A stretch of DNA of 64,000 nucleotides from an uncultured Candidatus Saccharibacteria bacterium (GTDB lineage Bacteria > Patescibacteriota > Minisyncoccia > Phycocordibacterales > CAIRYW01): positions 1,598 through 65,597 of the forward strand of contig CAYORS010000002.1 of the NCBI GenBank assembly GCA_964406475.1, given 5' to 3'. The notes under the pieces were generated by a model that saw nothing but the letters and a program-made list of their open reading frames with translations, searched no databases and was not told the origin of the DNA. Of this stretch, positions 48,293 to 58,723 are shown in pieces. The translations under genes were made by a program, and so were the position numbers. Every line of letters starts with the position of its first letter. Positions within the stretch are counted from its first letter, which is position 1.

Positions 48293-49708
48293 ATGCATCA
48301 AAATAATTCACCATGGCTGTACCAGCTTCATCGTACTCGTGAAGTCGATATTATAGTGACTGATATGAATACTCAGATTGTGATAGTGGGGGGTGGGATT
48401 TCTGGTGTGATGACTGCTTACTTTCTTCTAAAAAATACACACAAACAAGTCACTCTCATCGAAGGGAATAAAGTTGCTCACGGTGCAACAGGACACAATG
48501 CAGGACAGCTTGTGGCAGAATTTGAGCGTCCTTTTACTGATATTGTACGAGAGTATGGTCTCGAAAAAGCTAATGATGCTGAAGAGTCTGTCAATTCTGC
48601 CTGGATTCTTCTTGAAGAGATTTTTAAGGATGCTAAAATCGAAACACCGGTTTCTACTTTTGTTGGTTATAATGGATATAAATACAAAGATCATATTATT
48701 GATCAATTAAAAGCAGTGTCACTGCGTAAATATGGAGAACGGAATATTTCACCTCTTTTCATTGCTTCAGAATGGATAGAAAATAATCCTCTCCCACAAG
48801 AATTTGATGGTTTGTACGAAGTTGTGCCTCAGGCAAACATTCTTTCTTTGCTTGAGACAGAAGATTCTGATTATGTGGCCGCAACATCACTAAAGAAAGG
48901 ATGCACCAACAGTGCACTTCTTACAGAAGAGCTTGCTGGGTATCTTTTGTCTCAATATAAGGGTCGTTTTACACTTCTCGAGCATTCTTCTGTTGCTATG
49001 GTCACACTCGGTCAAGGTGATATTAATCTTTCCGTTGTTACTAATCGTAAAGATGGTAATCCAGAAGATACATATACAGTTCATTGTGAAAAAGTGATCT
49101 TGTGTACAAATGGTTTTGAAAGAATACAAATCAAAAACAATGCTGGGGACGATATAGATGCTAAATTTCATCATATGGTAAATGGTGATATAGGATATAT
49201 GGCTGCGTATACTGAAGAACTCAAAAATCCCCCAACAGCGCTTGGGTATTATGATCAAGGGGAAGAAATGCAAGGTGTGAACGTAAATGCGTACACAGAC
49301 ACTCCTTATGTATACAAAACCCGTCGTCCATATGAAATCGAAAAAAATGAAATCCATAATCTTGTGTGTTTTGGTGGACCAGAACAGCAAATCGAAGAAA
49401 CCCAAGATTATGACCGATATGCCCCTTTTGTTGAAGAAAAAGGTGACATCATTAAAGCATTTATAAAAAAAACCGTTATTGATAAAAAAGATTCCCATTT
49501 AGAATATCGTTTTAAGTGGCACGGTATTATGTGCTACACACCTACCAATCTTCGTGTGATTGGTGAAGAGCCTAAAAACCCACTTTTGCTTTATAATCTA
49601 GGATGTAATGGTGTGGGGATTTTGCCTGCTATTTTTGGAGCTCATAAAATTTCAAGAATAATAAATGGAGAGAAGTTTGAAGAGTCAGTTTTTGATCCTA
49701 AAAAATAG
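48293..49708 (+). CDS. FAD-dependent oxidoreductase (DAO / glycine-oxidase superfamily)
   Basis: Dinucleotide-binding IVIVGGGISGVMTAYFL…HGATGHNAGQL. Alternative start at 48365. Confidence 0.65.
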   Translation: MHQNNSPWLYQLHRTREVDIIVTDMNTQIVIVGGGISGVMTAYFLLKNTHKQVTLIEGNKVAHGATGHNAGQLVAEFERPFTDIVREYGLEKANDAEESVNSAWILLEEIFKDAKIETPVSTFVGYNGYKYKDHIIDQLKAVSLRKYGERNISPLFIASEWIENNPLPQEFDGLYEVVPQANILSLLETEDSDYVAATSLKKGCTNSALLTEELAGYLLSQYKGRFTLLEHSSVAMVTLGQGDINLSVVTNRKDGNPEDTYTVHCEKVILCTNGFERIQIKNNAGDDIDAKFHHMVNGDIGYMAAYTEELKNPPTALGYYDQGEEMQGVNVNAYTDTPYVYKTRRPYEIEKNEIHNLVCFGGPEQQIEETQDYDRYAPFVEEKGDIIKAFIKKTVIDKKDSHLEYRFKWHGIMCYTPTNLRVIGEEPKNPLLLYNLGCNGVGILPAIFGAHKISRIINGEKFEESVFDPKK

Positions 49709-49956
49709 TTCAGTATATATGATATAATAAATAAAATTATTATTGTATAAAATAAATTATGGAACAATCAAGCGAACATACTGCATCTTTTAATGAAGAT
49801 ACAGATCAAATGGAGTGTGAAAATGTGAGAAGTGAAAGCCAGACTGGTGACCCTGTCGTGACCCACATTTGACTGCGAATGTAGATGTTGAGGCGGCTCA
49901 AGCAGAAGGGATGAATATTGAAGCGGCAACATCCGAGACTCAAGCAAGTTAAGAAT

Positions 49957-50541
49957 ATGAAAAAGATTGGTGGAGGCTGGCAATATGTAGTCTATGATAT
50001 GGGAAATGATAAGGTCTACAAAAAATACAGAAACAAATTTTCACGTTTCTTGTTTATTTTGTTTCATTCAAAAACATCGATTTTTAAAATGTGGCAAGAA
50101 GTAAAGCGTATGGACACAGAGGTTCAAAACTCTTTTAGGATTATACAAAAAGGAAAGATTCCTTTAGACCTGCTTGCAAATCCTGTTTTACTCGGTGGTT
50201 ATGATTATACTCAAGATTTTTGCATACCTCTTTATGTTGTCTTTCAAAATATATCTACAGAAAAAGGTAAAGATATTATTGATCGTTTTATTGCTTTTTC
50301 ACTTAAGCTGCTTGATTTGGGTGTTATCGATTTGTCATTTCGGATGCCGACAAATTTTGGTTTAACTAAAGATGGTGATGTGGTCCTTCTCGATATTGGG
50401 GAGATTCAAGATGATAGAGAGATTATTATTCAACAGAGAAAAGCGAGATATTGGCAGCTTCCATACATAGACGCAAGTATCAAAGATAAAGAAGTTTGTG
50501 CTTATTATCGAAAACAAATGGATACTTTTTTTGGGCTTTAA
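49957..50541 (+). CDS. Minimal protein-kinase-like fold protein (~195 aa)
   Basis: Gly-rich loop IGGGWQYVVYD. Lys in VYKKY. Candidate catalytic D/N (IDLSFRMPTN) and a DFG-like LLDIGE. Confidence 0.4.
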   Translation: MKKIGGGWQYVVYDMGNDKVYKKYRNKFSRFLFILFHSKTSIFKMWQEVKRMDTEVQNSFRIIQKGKIPLDLLANPVLLGGYDYTQDFCIPLYVVFQNISTEKGKDIIDRFIAFSLKLLDLGVIDLSFRMPTNFGLTKDGDVVLLDIGEIQDDREIIIQQRKARYWQLPYIDASIKDKEVCAYYRKQMDTFFGL

Positions 50542-50570
50542 TTTTGAGACTTTCGTAGTATAATACTTAT

Positions 50571-50930
50571 ATGAATAATGAAAAAATATCTAAATTTATA
50601 GCCTGCGTGGTCGTTGTGTATATTGGTGTGTGGTTGTGGCCTGTGTTTTTTCATCAGAGACTTTTTTATCCCCAAGGATGCGAGTTTAATTGTTTTTATG
50701 GTGGTGCAATACCCACACCGTATTCTTATTCAAAAGACTCCGAGATCTATATTAATTCTGGAATAGAAAAAACAGAAGATGAATACCCAGTTCAAATAAC
50801 TATTGACGGTAGTGCAACTAATTCAGACAACGTCGCCTGCCCAGCTGATGCAAAGCTTTGTGATGACGGATCATCCGTAGGACGCGTAGGTCCTAACTGT
50901 GATTTTGAAGAATGTCCTCAGATACAATAA
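50571..50930 (+). CDS. Small secreted/membrane-anchored Cys-rich protein
   Basis: N-terminal TM or signal sequence. Six Cys in the C-terminal half (CPADAKLCDDGSSVGRVGPNCDFEECP). Confidence 0.4.
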   Translation: MNNEKISKFIACVVVVYIGVWLWPVFFHQRLFYPQGCEFNCFYGGAIPTPYSYSKDSEIYINSGIEKTEDEYPVQITIDGSATNSDNVACPADAKLCDDGSSVGRVGPNCDFEECPQIQ

Positions 50931-50931
50931 A

Positions 50932-52226
50932 ATGCTCAAAAAAGAAATTTTCAAAGCATACGATATTAGAGGTCTGTATCCCGAAGACATAAATGAAGAG
51001 TCGCTGCTTTCAATCACGAAGGCTCTCATATCTCTCTGGAATCAAGGTGCGATTGTGATCGCGCATGATGGGAGGCATGGGTCTTACGAGCTTGCGTTGT
51101 ATGCAAAGAGGGTTTTGGAAGAGGAAGAAGCTTCTTGTAAGAAATTTGAGGTTGTTTTTGTGGGGCTTGCCACAACCCCGATGTTTTATTTTTTAGTCAA
51201 TCATTTTGATGCGATGGGGGGGATGATGATTACTGCTTCACATAATCCCAAAGAATATAATGGTGTCAAAGCTGTCGGCCCAAAAGCAGTACCTTTTAGT
51301 GGAAAAGATGTTTTAGCTGTTATTGAAAAAAAATGAACGAAAACTATACCCAACTCTATATAGATTTTTTGAGAAAGTTTGTTGATGTGAGGAAGTCTCT
51401 CAAGGTAGTCTTTGATGCGTCCAATGGTCCAGCAGGGATTCTAGTAAAAAAAATTTTTGCAAATACTCCTGTAGATGTTTTCGTTATAAACGACGACATC
51501 GATCCTGATTTTAAAGCACATGGTCCCAACCCTCTTTCACCATCTGCATCATCTATGATACAAAAAACAATTCTTGAAGAAAAAGCTTCTCTCGGTGTTA
51601 TGTTCGATGCTGATGCTGATAGAGCTGTTTTTTTTGATGAGGAAGGTGTGATGATGGATGCTTGTTTCTCTTTGTCATTTATGTTTGGCTATCTAAAAAC
51701 ACCAGTGGTTGTAGATGAGCTTGTCTATCAAGCAATTCGTTTTCTTAGGCTCTTGCCAGAAAGTGATCTCGTACCTTCACGGATTGGAGCTTTCTTTTTA
51801 AAAGAAAAGATGCGCGATCAAGGTATTTTTGGGGGTGGTGAATTTTCTGGGCACTATTTTTTTAAAGATTTTTTTAATGCTGATTCTGGTATTTTTGCAA
51901 GTATCTTTTTTTTGAATGCATTATCTAGGTCTCAGACTACTTTGTCTCACTGGAAACAAGAAAAGGGTGAACATACAATTTGTACAGAGGAAATAAAAAT
52001 ACAAAATCTCGATATGGCTTCTTTGCTTAAAACAATTGAGAATAATTATCTTTCAACTGCAAAAGAAGTAAGTAGGAGAGATGGGTTGTCTCTTATTTTT
52101 GATGATTTTTGGTGTAATATTCGAGCTTCAAATACAGAACCTATTCTTCGAATTATCGCAGGAGGTAGACAAGGGGTATGTGATAAGGTAAAAGAAATTA
52201 AAAAACTCATTAACGAACAAAAGTAA
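50932..52226 (+). pseudogene. Phosphomannomutase/phosphoglucomutase (alpha-D-phosphohexomutase) split by a frameshift at an A8 homopolymer (51326-51333)
   Basis: Fragment 1 (to 51336) carries the N-terminal FKAYDIRG and active-site TASHNP. Fragment 2 (51333-52226) carries the domain II-IV motifs VVFDASNG, FDADADR and GGEFSGH. The two frames differ by 1 nt. Confidence 0.65.
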
Positions 52227-52413
52227 TCAGTGTCTTATGTTTTTGTGTCTGTTTTTGTGCTTTAGAAATAGCTCTTTTTTTAAAAAAATATTGATTCAAA
52301 AAAAACTATGTGTTGTGATACTTTTTTTTAGTTTTCCACTGTTTTAATTGGGTTGTTTTTGAGGTAAAATTATTGAACAAACTTTAATTATTATTATTTT
52401 TATTTGAACTTTT

Positions 52414-53682
52414 ATGGCTATAGAACTTGTAATAAAAAGAAATGGATCTATCGTTGAGTTTGATAGAATTCGTATCGAAAAAGCAATCCAAAAAGCATGT
52501 GAAGCATCAGGTGAGAGTGCAACGGTTCAAGATATTTCTAAAATTACAGACAAAGTCATACAAAGTCTTAATGAAAAATTTGGCAACAATACTCCAACTG
52601 TTGAAGGTATTCAAGATATGGTTGAAATATGTCTTATGGAGTCTGATCTTCATGCGACAGCAAAGGCTTATATTCTCTATCGACAAAAAAGAGCAGAACT
52701 TCGAAAAAGAGATATTTTCAAAAAAAGACTTTCTTTAAAGCCCTACGAATATCCAGAGCTTCTCGAGTATGTTGATGGGATTAGACACTCATACTGGCTT
52801 CATACCGAGTTTAATTTTACCTCTGATATTCATGACTATTTGGTCAACACAACGGAATCAGAAAAAAACGCTATCAAAAACGCAATGCTTGCTATCGCAC
52901 AGGTAGAGGTATCGGTAAAAACTTTTTGGGGTGATGTCTACAAAAAAATCCCAAAACCAGAAATAGGTGCAGTCGGCGCCACTTTTGCAGAAAGTGAAGT
53001 AAGACATCAAGACGCATATGCACATTTGCTTGAGATACTTGGTTTTAACCACGAGTTTGAACGAGTCAAAGAAATTCCAGCAATCATAAATAGAATCAAT
53101 TATATTGAAAAAGCGATTTCTAACGCACATTCTGATCATCATAAGGAATACTCTCGCACACTTCTTCTTTTCTCTCTTTTCATTGAACATGTGTCTCTTT
53201 TTTCTCAGTTTCTTATTATCATGTCATTCAATAAGTTTAAAGGGCTCTTTCGCGGAATGTCTAATGTCATTGAGGCAACATCAAAAGAAGAGCAGATTCA
53301 TGGTTTGTTTGGTATTGATCTTATGCGAATTATAAAATCCGAACATCCTGAGTGGTTTACACCAGAATACGAGCAATCTGTTTTGGATTTGTCACAAGAG
53401 GCCTATGATGCAGAAATGAGTATACTTGATTGGATTTTTGAGAAAGGGGAACTTGAATTTTTGCCTAAAAAAACAGTTCAAGAGTTTATTAAGAACAGAT
53501 TTAATAATTCTTTGTCTGCGATTGGCTTTCGAAAGCTTTTTGATGTCGATCATAGTATCCTCGAAGAGACAGAATGGTTTGATGATGAGATAATGACCAC
53601 AAAGCATTTAGATTTTTTTGTAAAACGATCTGTCAATTACAATAAAAGAGTTGAAAGTATCACAGGAGACGATTTGTTTTAA
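52414..53682 (+). CDS. nrdB: Class I ribonucleotide reductase small (radical-generating) subunit NrdB with an N-terminal ATP-cone
   Basis: aa 1-95: ATP-cone (VIKRNGSIVEFDRIRIEKAIQKA). The remainder is ferritin-like R2 with two ExxH metal-site motifs (ESEVRHQ, EEQIHG). Confidence 0.8.
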   Translation: MAIELVIKRNGSIVEFDRIRIEKAIQKACEASGESATVQDISKITDKVIQSLNEKFGNNTPTVEGIQDMVEICLMESDLHATAKAYILYRQKRAELRKRDIFKKRLSLKPYEYPELLEYVDGIRHSYWLHTEFNFTSDIHDYLVNTTESEKNAIKNAMLAIAQVEVSVKTFWGDVYKKIPKPEIGAVGATFAESEVRHQDAYAHLLEILGFNHEFERVKEIPAIINRINYIEKAISNAHSDHHKEYSRTLLLFSLFIEHVSLFSQFLIIMSFNKFKGLFRGMSNVIEATSKEEQIHGLFGIDLMRIIKSEHPEWFTPEYEQSVLDLSQEAYDAEMSILDWIFEKGELEFLPKKTVQEFIKNRFNNSLSAIGFRKLFDVDHSILEETEWFDDEIMTTKHLDFFVKRSVNYNKRVESITGDDLF

Positions 53683-53711
53683 TTAATCATCATTTAAAAT
53701 CCACATCAATT

Positions 53712-55385
53712 ATGTACTGGCTTAATGAAAATAGTAGAAAATTTCTAGCAAAAGATTATATCAATGACGGGTCAAGTGCTGAGGATCGAATCCGTGCTAT
53801 TGCAGAACATGCGGAGAAGATTTTGGGCATAAAGGGGTATGCTGATAAGTTTTATGGATATATGGAAAAGGGATATTATTCACTTTCGACCCCTGTATGG
53901 GTTAATTTTGGTGTCAAAAAGGGTCTTCCAATTAGCTGTTTTGGATCATATCTTGGCGATACCATGGGGGATATTTTGTTTACAAACGCAGAGGTAGGAA
54001 TGATGAGTAAGATGGGAGGAGGAACATCTGCATATTTCGGTGGACTTCGACCTCGTGGAGCCGCGATAACAAACAACGGATACTCGTCAGGACCTGTTCA
54101 CTTTATGCAGCTTTTTGATGTGATGACTGATGTGGTATCGCAAGGATCTACTCGTCGTGGGCATTTGGCGGCATATCTTCCTGTTGAACATCCAGACATT
54201 GAAGAATTTTTGGATATTGGTACAGAAGGCAATAAGATCCAAGGACTCAACAATGCTGTGACAGTTACAAATAAATGGATGGAAGATATGATTGCAGGAG
54301 ATGAGAAGAAGCGACATATTTGGGCAAAAATTATCAAAAGAAGAACAGAGATCGGGTATCCTTACATTCTTTTTTCTGACAATGTCAACAACAATAAACC
54401 TCAAGTTTATAAAGATAAAAAACTAGATATTTATGCAAGTAATCTTTGTAGTGAGATAGCGCTTCCTTCAAATGAAGATTGGTCTTTTGTGTGCTGTTTG
54501 TCTTCTATCAATGCTCTTCATTATGAAGAATGGAAAGACACCGATGCTGTAGAGACTCTTACTTATTTTCTTGATGCTGTAATGAGTGAGTTCATCGAAA
54601 AGCTTGAATGGCGTAAAGATCATCCAGACAAAGACAAAAGACAAGAATTTCTTTTTATGGAAAAAGCATATAATTTTGCAAAACAAAACCGTGCACTTGG
54701 GCTTGGGGTACTGGGATGGCATTCATTATTGCAAAGTAAGATGCTTGCTTTTGATTCTCAAGAAGCAATGACTCTTAATGTCAAAATTTTTAAGCTCATA
54801 CAAGAAAAAACATACAAGGCATCAAAAGAAATGGCAGAAAAGTACGGTGAACCAGAAGTGCTTAAGGGTTATGGTATGCGTAATACTACCACTATGTCTG
54901 TTGCACCGAACACATCTTCTGCATTTATTTTAGGACAAGTATCACAAGGAGTGGAGCCTATCTGGTCTAATTGTTATGTAAAGGATATTGAAAAAATGAA
55001 AGTAACAATCAAAAATCCATTTCTTGAAAAGTTGCTCGAAAGTAAAGGTCAAAACACAAAAGAAGTGTGGCAATCTGTTCGAGATATGAATGGATCTGTA
55101 CAACATCTTGATATTTTGACAGCAGAAGAAAAAGAAGTATTCAAGACCTTTGCAGAGATTGATCAATATTCTGTTATTGATCAAGCGGCTGCAAGGCAGC
55201 TTTATATTGATCAAAGTCAGTCTTTGAATCTTATGATCAATCCGAAGACAGCAACAGCAAAAGATATTAATGCTCTCTATATTGATGCGTGGAAACAAGG
55301 AGTCAAAACTCTGTATTACCAGCATAGTATGAACGCTGCACAAGAACTCAGTCGTAAAAAGGTTTGTATTAGTTGTGAAGCATAA
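53712..55385 (+). CDS. nrdA: Class I ribonucleotide reductase catalytic subunit NrdA, compact form without an ATP-cone
   Basis: Active-site NLCSEI, radical-transfer Cys, C-terminal CISC pair. 557 aa with no ATP-cone N-terminus. Confidence 0.85.
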   Translation: MYWLNENSRKFLAKDYINDGSSAEDRIRAIAEHAEKILGIKGYADKFYGYMEKGYYSLSTPVWVNFGVKKGLPISCFGSYLGDTMGDILFTNAEVGMMSKMGGGTSAYFGGLRPRGAAITNNGYSSGPVHFMQLFDVMTDVVSQGSTRRGHLAAYLPVEHPDIEEFLDIGTEGNKIQGLNNAVTVTNKWMEDMIAGDEKKRHIWAKIIKRRTEIGYPYILFSDNVNNNKPQVYKDKKLDIYASNLCSEIALPSNEDWSFVCCLSSINALHYEEWKDTDAVETLTYFLDAVMSEFIEKLEWRKDHPDKDKRQEFLFMEKAYNFAKQNRALGLGVLGWHSLLQSKMLAFDSQEAMTLNVKIFKLIQEKTYKASKEMAEKYGEPEVLKGYGMRNTTTMSVAPNTSSAFILGQVSQGVEPIWSNCYVKDIEKMKVTIKNPFLEKLLESKGQNTKEVWQSVRDMNGSVQHLDILTAEEKEVFKTFAEIDQYSVIDQAAARQLYIDQSQSLNLMINPKTATAKDINALYIDAWKQGVKTLYYQHSMNAAQELSRKKVCISCEA

Positions 55386-55937
55386 TCTTGAACATATTTT
55401 AAAAAACGGAGGAATTGCTGTACTGCCCACAGATACTTTATATGGTATCGTGGGCAGTGCCGTATCTAAAAAAGCAGTTCAAAAGATTTATAAAGTTCGC
55501 AAACGAACCCCAAGTAAGCCTTGTATTATTTTGATTTCGAGTATTACTGATTTGAAAAAGTTTGGTATTAAAAATATCCCACTAAAAGAACTCAGGGAAG
55601 TGTGGCCAGGGAAGGTGTCTGTTATATTGCCTTGTCCATATAAAAAATTTGAATATCTTCATCGCGGTACAAACAAACTCGCGTTTCGACTTCCAGATAG
55701 TGTTTGGCTTTGTACACTTCTCAAAAAGACAGGACCACTTGTAGCACCGAGCGCAAATATTGAGGGTCAAACACCTGCCTATACGATTGAGGAGGCGGAG
55801 AATTACTTTGGAGGTAAGGTAGAGATATTTATGTCGACAAAGGTCGTATCAAGTCCAAGCCATCAACACTTGTGATTATTGTTGAGGGTAATATTGTGGT
55901 CCTCCGTAAAGGTGCAGTCAAGGTTGAGGCGAAGTAG
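55375..55937 (+). pseudogene. tsaC: L-threonylcarbamoyladenylate synthase TsaC/YrdC with a -1/+2 frameshift ~20 codons before the first-frame stop
   Basis: N-terminus ILKNGGIAVLPTDTLYGIVG. The conserved C-terminus GRDIYVDKGRIKSKPSTLVIIVEGNIVVLRKGAV is in the alternative frame (ending at TAG 55935-55937). The shift lies near GGAGGTAAGG at 55811-55820. Confidence 0.65.
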
Positions 55938-55988
55938 TTGATTTACTAGAACCTCGTGTATTTATATGCTAGAATAGCCTAAACCAAT

Positions 55989-56690
55989 ATGAAGCAAAAC
56001 AAAAAGCAACTAAAGGCACCAATTATTATCTCAGTAGGAGGTTCACTCATTGTTCCTCTCACCATCGACACAGAATTCCTCAAAAATTTTAAAGCACTCA
56101 TCGAGCGACGTATCAAAAAGGGTGACAGGTTTATTGTTATCTGTGGTGGTGGGCGTCTTGCACGAGACTATCAACATGCTGGTAAGGAAATAACAAAGCT
56201 CAGATCAGTTGATGTTGATTGGCTCGGTATACATTCTACTCGGCTCAATGCTCAGCTCCTAAAGACCGTCCTTATTCCTCGTGCTGTAGAGAGGGTTGTC
56301 AAAAAGCCTGATGAGAAGGTTGACTTCAATAAGCCAGTGCTTGTTGCGAGTGGATGGAAGCCAGGCAGAAGTACAGACTATGTGGCGGTGTGCCTTGCAA
56401 AGAAGTTCAAGGCAAGCAAACTTATCAATCTTTCAAATATTGATTATGTCTACACTGCAGACCCACGCACTAACCCTAATGCAACAAAAATAGAACAAAT
56501 AAACTGGAAAAACTTTAGAAAGATAATCCCAAAAAAGTGGGACCCAGGACTTTCATCACCATTTGATCCAGTGGCAAGTAGGGAAGCAGAAAAGCTAGGT
56601 CTTGAAGTGGCGATCATAAACGGCAAAAAGCTCGAGGAGCTTGATCACTATCTCGCAGGTGAGAAATTTGTGGGTAGCCTGATAATCTAA
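55989..56690 (+). CDS. pyrH: Archaeal-type UMP kinase (amino-acid-kinase fold)
   Basis: IISVGGSLIV…VICGGGRLARDY…YVYTADPRTNPNATKI. This resembles archaeal PyrH (VGGGKLARKY, GVYTADPKKDP). Confidence 0.75.
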   Translation: MKQNKKQLKAPIIISVGGSLIVPLTIDTEFLKNFKALIERRIKKGDRFIVICGGGRLARDYQHAGKEITKLRSVDVDWLGIHSTRLNAQLLKTVLIPRAVERVVKKPDEKVDFNKPVLVASGWKPGRSTDYVAVCLAKKFKASKLINLSNIDYVYTADPRTNPNATKIEQINWKNFRKIIPKKWDPGLSSPFDPVASREAEKLGLEVAIINGKKLEELDHYLAGEKFVGSLII

Positions 56691-56965
56691 AACACCTCTC
56701 TCTCGAGCGCTTTTTCCTTTAAATTCTAAAAATAAGGTTCAGATTATTTTCAAGGCTGGTGGGGTGAGTATGGAAAGCTTGATGAGTTAGTTTTTTTGTT
56801 TATACTTATATTTATATGCAAGTAGAAATACATCACCAGCACTACGGTGCTATCTACCCATCAGTTCTTTTTGACCAGCAAACAGCCAATTCCATGAATT
56901 GGGTTGCATACTACGGTTTCTAGACCCAGAGCTCAGATACATTTTGTGGTGTATCTGATTTTTAT

Positions 56966-57187
56966 TTAGTTAACTAGTACCACCACTTTACCTTTTCCTA
57001 TTTCTGCGAAGCCTCCGTTTATCGAGATACTCTCCTTATTGAATTTGATCACTCCTTTTTGTAGTAGTGTGATAATAGGGAGGTGGTTTTTGAGGACTGT
57101 TATCTCACCCTGAGCAGTCGGTAAAGATACTTGAGATACCTCTCCTTCAAATTGTGTTCCATCTAATGAGTATATTTTTAATTCCAT
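56966..57187 (-). CDS. atpC: ATP synthase F1 epsilon subunit, beta-sandwich domain only (73 aa)
   Basis: Position after atpD. N-terminal epsilon-like beta domain. No C-terminal helical hairpin. Confidence 0.7.
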   Translation of the reverse strand: MELKIYSLDGTQFEGEVSQVSLPTAQGEITVLKNHLPIITLLQKGVIKFNKESISINGGFAEIGKGKVVVLVN

Positions 57188-57302
57188 ATTTTATATTAAT
57201 CAACAATAATCAAACGATATTCAATGAATTAATTCTTAAATCATTTAAATCTTGGTAATTAAAATTGTTTGTATATTGATGCTTGGTAATCGGTTATTAT
57301 CT

Positions 57303-58709
<1,407 letters not shown>

Positions 58710-58723
58710 TTAATTGTTGTTAA

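Noticed and set aside
50899-52226. Stop-codon reassignment (UGA as Gly or Trp) to explain the split phosphohexomutase
   Set aside because: Reading through the TGA stays in a frame that hits TAG nine codons later. The downstream domains are in a different frame. All other long genes terminate normally, so the standard code with a frameshift fits better.
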